This document shows, in pieces, positions 59,415-64,000 of a stretch of 64,000 nt of DNA; within the stretch, counting starts at the first letter, position 1, and each line of letters opens with the position of its first letter. The DNA is from Hyaloraphidium curvatum SAG 235-1 (taxonomy: Eukaryota; Fungi; Monoblepharomycota), in NCBI GenBank assembly GCA_025558095.1, contig JAIVFI010000009.1, forward strand, positions 434,001-498,000, read 5' to 3'. The notes beneath the pieces were generated by a model, which searched no databases, was not told the origin of the DNA, and was given only the letters and a program-made list of their open reading frames with translations. Made by a program: the position numbers and the translations under genes.

Positions 59415-61102
59415 GACATTGTGTGAAGCACCTGCAAGCTGCCAGGCTGCCCCGCGGTCGCCGCCGAGCCGAGCACATGCGATGGATTACATGTCTCTCC
59501 TTTTTCTTCTTCGGTCAAGTTCCACTCTCCTGCCGAGCCGAGTCGGACTGGCCAAATCGAGCGAATTGGTGGGCTGTGCTCCTGGCGGGCTGGGGGGGTC
59601 GACGTCCCCATTCCGCTCTTTTTCGCACAACGCCTTTGCGTCTCTCCGTCCGGCCCCGGCATCACGATGGGCGGCAGCGTGCGCGGCGTGCGGGTTGCGG
59701 CGGTTGCGGCGGCGCTGCTTTCGGGGCTCGCGGCGGCGGCCGGCCAGCGCGCCGACTGCCCCGTGGCGCCGGGCACGTTCAGCGCGGACGCCGACTACTC
59801 TTCCGTGTTCAACACGTCTTTGTGGGATTGAAAACGGATGCCGGGGCGCGGTGGGCTCCAGAGCTGGGAGGTCTCGGTGGGGGACGTTTCAAGCCGGGCC
59901 ACCGGGAGACGACGCCGAACGCGGAGGATAAGCGGCCGTTGGAGCCAATTGTTGACCGGTTACGGAAAGCTCTGATTGAATTCGGCGAGGAATGGACCCC
60001 TGTTGCCCCCGATGACCGCGCTGTTCAGCTTGGGAACCAGTCCTGCTGCCGTCGCCGGAGCAGCTGTCTGCAACCTCTTCTTCGGGACCTGGGTGTAACG
60101 GTGCACTGGAGCCGGTGGCAGTGACGTATATCTTCCCTCCAGAGAGGTGTATTGCGTCATGCTGGCCACCGTTGGAACATTATGGCATTCGACATGTGTC
60201 GGCACTTTCGGACTTCTCATTGACGCTGCTGACTAGCTGGAAGACCGTTTGGACATTGTGAACTTCATTTGCCGAGTCAGACGGATGGATCGAGGCCTTG
60301 CATCGTCAACTTTCGCGGCCATCAATGTTGTAGGGCCGGAGGATCAAATCGTGGGCTCACTTCCTGGTGGCTGTTGGCCAGAAGCACTGCCTCGGCGTTC
60401 TTACGGTGATCTTGAGAACATGTACAGTCTCATGATCAACGTCTTCGCTTCGTTGCGGGCGAGTTCAATGCTAAGAAGCCCCGACGAAGCTTCCATGACG
60501 TTTCCTTGCTGGTTCGATCTGTTCCGACCCAGCGGAGGCACTGCTTGGTCCTTCACATCGCAGACATGAGCCACGCGTTTGGTCTTCTTCAGCTCCAAGA
60601 ACCGGGCCTCGAGATCGATCGTACAATCTGCTGATCTCGTTCTCGCATGGCAACCACAGCGATCCGACTCTCGTTGACGCTTAGAAGACAAAAGTAATTG
60701 CATGTAGCGGAAACCGATCGGCTCAGGGAGTTGCATTATAGATTTGTGCCTGTGCCAACTTTCGGGCGGCGGTGCCCGGTCGAATGGATCCCCTGCTCAT
60801 CCGACCCTCTTCAGCTCTTCTTCCATCATTTCTCTACTCTATTCCTTTCATTTCGGAAGCTTTGCGGCCTGGCGGCCGCCAGAGTTTTGAAAAACGCCGC
60901 TTCAGTTTTGAATACGGACATGGCATTAGTGCCCTCGCGAGGGCACGACCGTCGTCACAACCCCCGAATCTCGACCCCGCACGGTCCCCGCGAAAGGATC
61001 CGGGTATCTTTCGATCTGATTAACACGAACGCGGGTATCGTTTACAGTAGCCCGATGGGCATCCCATAGCATTCCGGCCATATTCTCTCCCCGATCCCCA
61101 CC

Positions 61103-64000
61103 TCACGGCTTCTTCTGGAAGAAGTCGCTGACCGAGAGCTGCGAGGGGTCCTTCTTGCCTGCCGCTTTTTTCGCCTTGCCCTCGGCTTGCCTCTTGCGCG
61201 AGCGCTGCATGCTGATGGTTCCGTCCGCGACGGTGCGGGCGTCGACGATGGTCTGGTAGCCGAGGTAGTCGAGGTTCTCCAGCTCGAGGTACGTCTCCTC
61301 CCCGAGGTTGCGCGCGATCGACCCGAAGGCAAAGATGGTCAGAAAGTCTTTGTCCGCCTCGAAGCGTCGGGGCTTCCGCTTCGCGACGAAGCGCCCAGCC
61401 CGCGCGAGGCCTTCGACCATGCCCTTGCCGAAACCCGACTTGAGCGCGTGCTTGACCTCGACGACCTCGTCCGTGTCACCAATCTCGTCGGCGAGGCACT
61501 TGATTTTGATGAAGAAATCTATGACCGGCTCGTAGATGTCGACGAGGTAGAGGGCCTGGAGGTGGCCGGCGGCCTGCAGTTCGCGCAGAAGGGAGCCGAA
61601 AGTGCTCGCGACCTGCGCAAAGTTGATGACCAGGATGCCGTCGTGGTTCGCCTCGGCCTCGTCGTCCAGCGCGGCGGCGAGGAGGTCGGTGACTGGCACG
61701 AAGTCAAAGCGCACGCCGGGGATGGAAGGCAGGCACGTCCACCCCTTGGTGAACTTCTTGATCGCGCAATTGGACCCGCCGCCCTGCGGATGCGGCGAAT
61801 GGCCGTTCTCGAGCGAGCCCGGCTTGTCCTTGCGCATGGTCCGGCAGAAGTCCTTGTTGCACGTGAGGCACTGAACCAGCTCCGCCGTGGGCGAGTACGG
61901 CCGGAGCTGGTTGTGCCGATCGAGCTTCATGACGGCCGTCGAGACGATGCGCTGCGCCTCTGCTTCGTCGAGCGCGGTAAAGTCAGGCTCCGGCCCCGAC
62001 ATGAGACCGAGTCGGTACGCGGACGTCGCGGCGCCGATCTTGATCCGCCGCGCGAGGGTCGCGGAGAGCGCGGCCTTCATCTCCCGCAGGCGCGCCTCCT
62101 GAGCAGCTTCCGGCAGAGCGTCGTAGTCCGGGAAGGCCTCGAATGCCATGTACCGGAGACGTGTCCGCGACGCGCGCTCGGCCCGATCGGCGGCCTTTTC
62201 CACCGCCTCGCGCACCTCCTTTGCCTCGGCTTTCTTTTCTCCGACGAACGTCATCTTCTTGACCGCTTCTTTGTCGCCGAAACGAAGCTGGGTCAGGATC
62301 TCGGCGGCCTCGATCGCCGCCTCGATCTGTGCAGGCGAGGCGTCACCGAGATCGTCCTCCTCGCTCTCCGCCGTCCGGCTCGCGCTCTCGGCCTCGGCCG
62401 TGATCGCATCGCAGCGGTGGTACTGCTTCCAGTCCGCAAATGTCGACTCGAATTCCGGCCGCAGAGAGGAGAGGTTGACCTTGTAGTCGGGCAGGCCGTG
62501 GGGAGCGACGGACTCGTCGGCCGACAAGCCTTGGTGGAGCTCTGCGAATGGCGCGGCGATCAGCCGAGCTCCTCGAGGCATCGATCGCGATGTGCTCACC
62601 GGCACCGCCTCCCTTGGGAACGTTCCACCAGGGCCTGAGCTCCTCGGCGCGCTCGAGCATCCGGGGCCCAAGCGACTCGTCCCACATCGTGCGGGCCTTC
62701 TTGAGCACCTCTTCGATGCCGAGGAGCTTCCGCATGCGCAGGATGTAGTCCGTGAGCTCGATCGTGCACCTGTCCAACTCGAAGAAGTAATCAAGCGCAA
62801 GGACGCGAGCCGCGCCTTGGGCGTAGCCGACGATCGCCGTGTCGAGGAAAGCGGCGGCAAAGAACGAGCGATTCTGCAGCTCGTCCAGCGTCACGGTGGC
62901 GAACCGGGGCTTGCCCATCCAGCTCTCGTTGCCCCACCCCGGAGCCGAGACGATTGAAAAGATCTCGGTCGGGCGGTCGCCGTAGAAGAGGAGGCCCAAG
63001 ACGTCTGGGTACGGCTCGAGCTTGGCGAAAAAGTCGCGCTTCGCGGCTTTCTGGTCGGCAATGGAGATATGCGCCGTTGGGAGCTGGGGGCAGGGAATCT
63101 TAGGGTACTCGTCCAGCGCGAGCGGAGGCTGGTGCCCCATGAGCTCATTGTTCGTGGCGAAGGAACGGCTCAGGTAGCTCTCGTGAGGCTGTCCGGGGTT
63201 TCGCACGGCCGAGCAGTCGGCGCCGCTGTTGAGCGCGAGGAAAGGCGGGGAGTTGTACGCGGATACAAAGAGCTTGGCACGCATCGTCCGCAGAATGTCC
63301 AGTTCGGCATTCTTCGCCGGGCGCGGAAAAAACGGAATCTTGGAGTAGGGGCTGGAGTTGCCGGCGTGAGAACCGCCCATCAGCTTGACGATGAAGATGA
63401 GCGCCTCCTCGGCCGGGTTGCTGAGCGCGGGCGAGGCGATGCCGTGCCCGAGGCAGCGGCACTCGGCCATCTCGCCGTACATCTTGAGCTTGCCGTGAGG
63501 GGGGTACGCGTTGCGCCGCACAAGGTCGTCCGTGACCCCCATGTAGGGGTGCAGGCGGTCGTCCGAGGGGAAGCGGAGGTCGTCCCCGGACGGCTTCAGC
63601 ACCGCGAACTGCACGCCTTGATCGAAGAAGCTCTTGCCGTAGAGGCACATAACGCATTGGACACCGGCTTCGTGGACCTTGGCCCGGTCCAGGACGAGGT
63701 GCTCGTTCCCGGGCGTCAGGTCGACGTACTTGATGGCCCTGAGCTCGGCGAGAACGCAGATGCCGGCCTGCAGCCGCGCAAGAGGGATTGCTGCCTCCTT
63801 GGCGTACTGCTCCAGCTTCGCGAGGAAGTACTGGTAGATGTTGATCTCAAGACCGGCTGCAGTACGTGGTAGCGTCAGTTGCGGCCGAGAGCGCCGATCG
63901 CGGCAAACACGAACTGGGAGAGGAATCGTCGCCAGATCCAAAGAGATTCTTGGGCAAAGAACTCGAGCCGTAAGTAGGAAGACGCGCGGTATCAGTCCGC
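61103..64000 (-). CDS. Paralog of the 16.6-20 kb GIY-YIG-like/PIP-box orphan; 5' end outside window
   Basis: Same exon structure and intron positions; GVQF..YMGVTDDLVRR..H..E..N; ends QLSVSDFFQKKP*. Confidence 0.85.

Noticed and set aside
59930-60700. Fragmented + strand ORFs
   Set aside because: Multiple stops and no recognisable homology; at most a decayed pseudogene.
46500-61000. A Helitron as carrier of the captured fragments
   Set aside because: No Rep/helicase sequence and no convincing hairpin plus CTRR terminus seen, so the carrier remains unidentified.

Overview
GC-rich, intron-dense eukaryotic nuclear DNA. The ~50-70 nt GT-AG introns and the gene set suggest an early-diverging fungus. 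There are four zones. (1) 1-3.8 kb: the 3' half of a TOR kinase gene. (2) 3.9-22 kb: an accessory zone with a 5'-truncated Ty1/copia element, solo or partial LTRs and APE-RT LINE copies nested in each other. It also holds a 141-bp tandem array built from the 5' half of an adjacent tRNA-Arg(CCG), and a ~5-kb tandem unit starting at the tRNA 3' end. That unit carries a spliced ~1000-aa orphan gene with a GIY-YIG-like motif set, an IDLT SIM-like motif and a C-terminal PIP-box-like motif. (3) 22.2-46.5 kb: a compact housekeeping block mostly arranged as divergent pairs (PP4c, RCE1, ELP4, UPF0132-like, Ran, Obg, ILV5, site-2 protease, ATP-grasp protein, TMEM234, ESS2, MaoC hydratase, PRELI, MGR2, LAS1, UMP-CMP kinase, mevalonate kinase). 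(4) 46.5-64 kb: a second accessory zone with a partial duplication of the mevalonate kinase gene, a spliced orphan with UDG-like motifs and a broken IS630/Tc1 transposase. It also holds captured fragments of PRP8, eEF3/ABC-F, EF-1alpha and V-ATPase a (the PRP8 and EF-1alpha pieces shortened at microhomologies) and an inverted paralog of the GIY-YIG/PIP orphan. Domain calls for the orphan genes come from motif recognition by eye and need HMM or structure confirmation.
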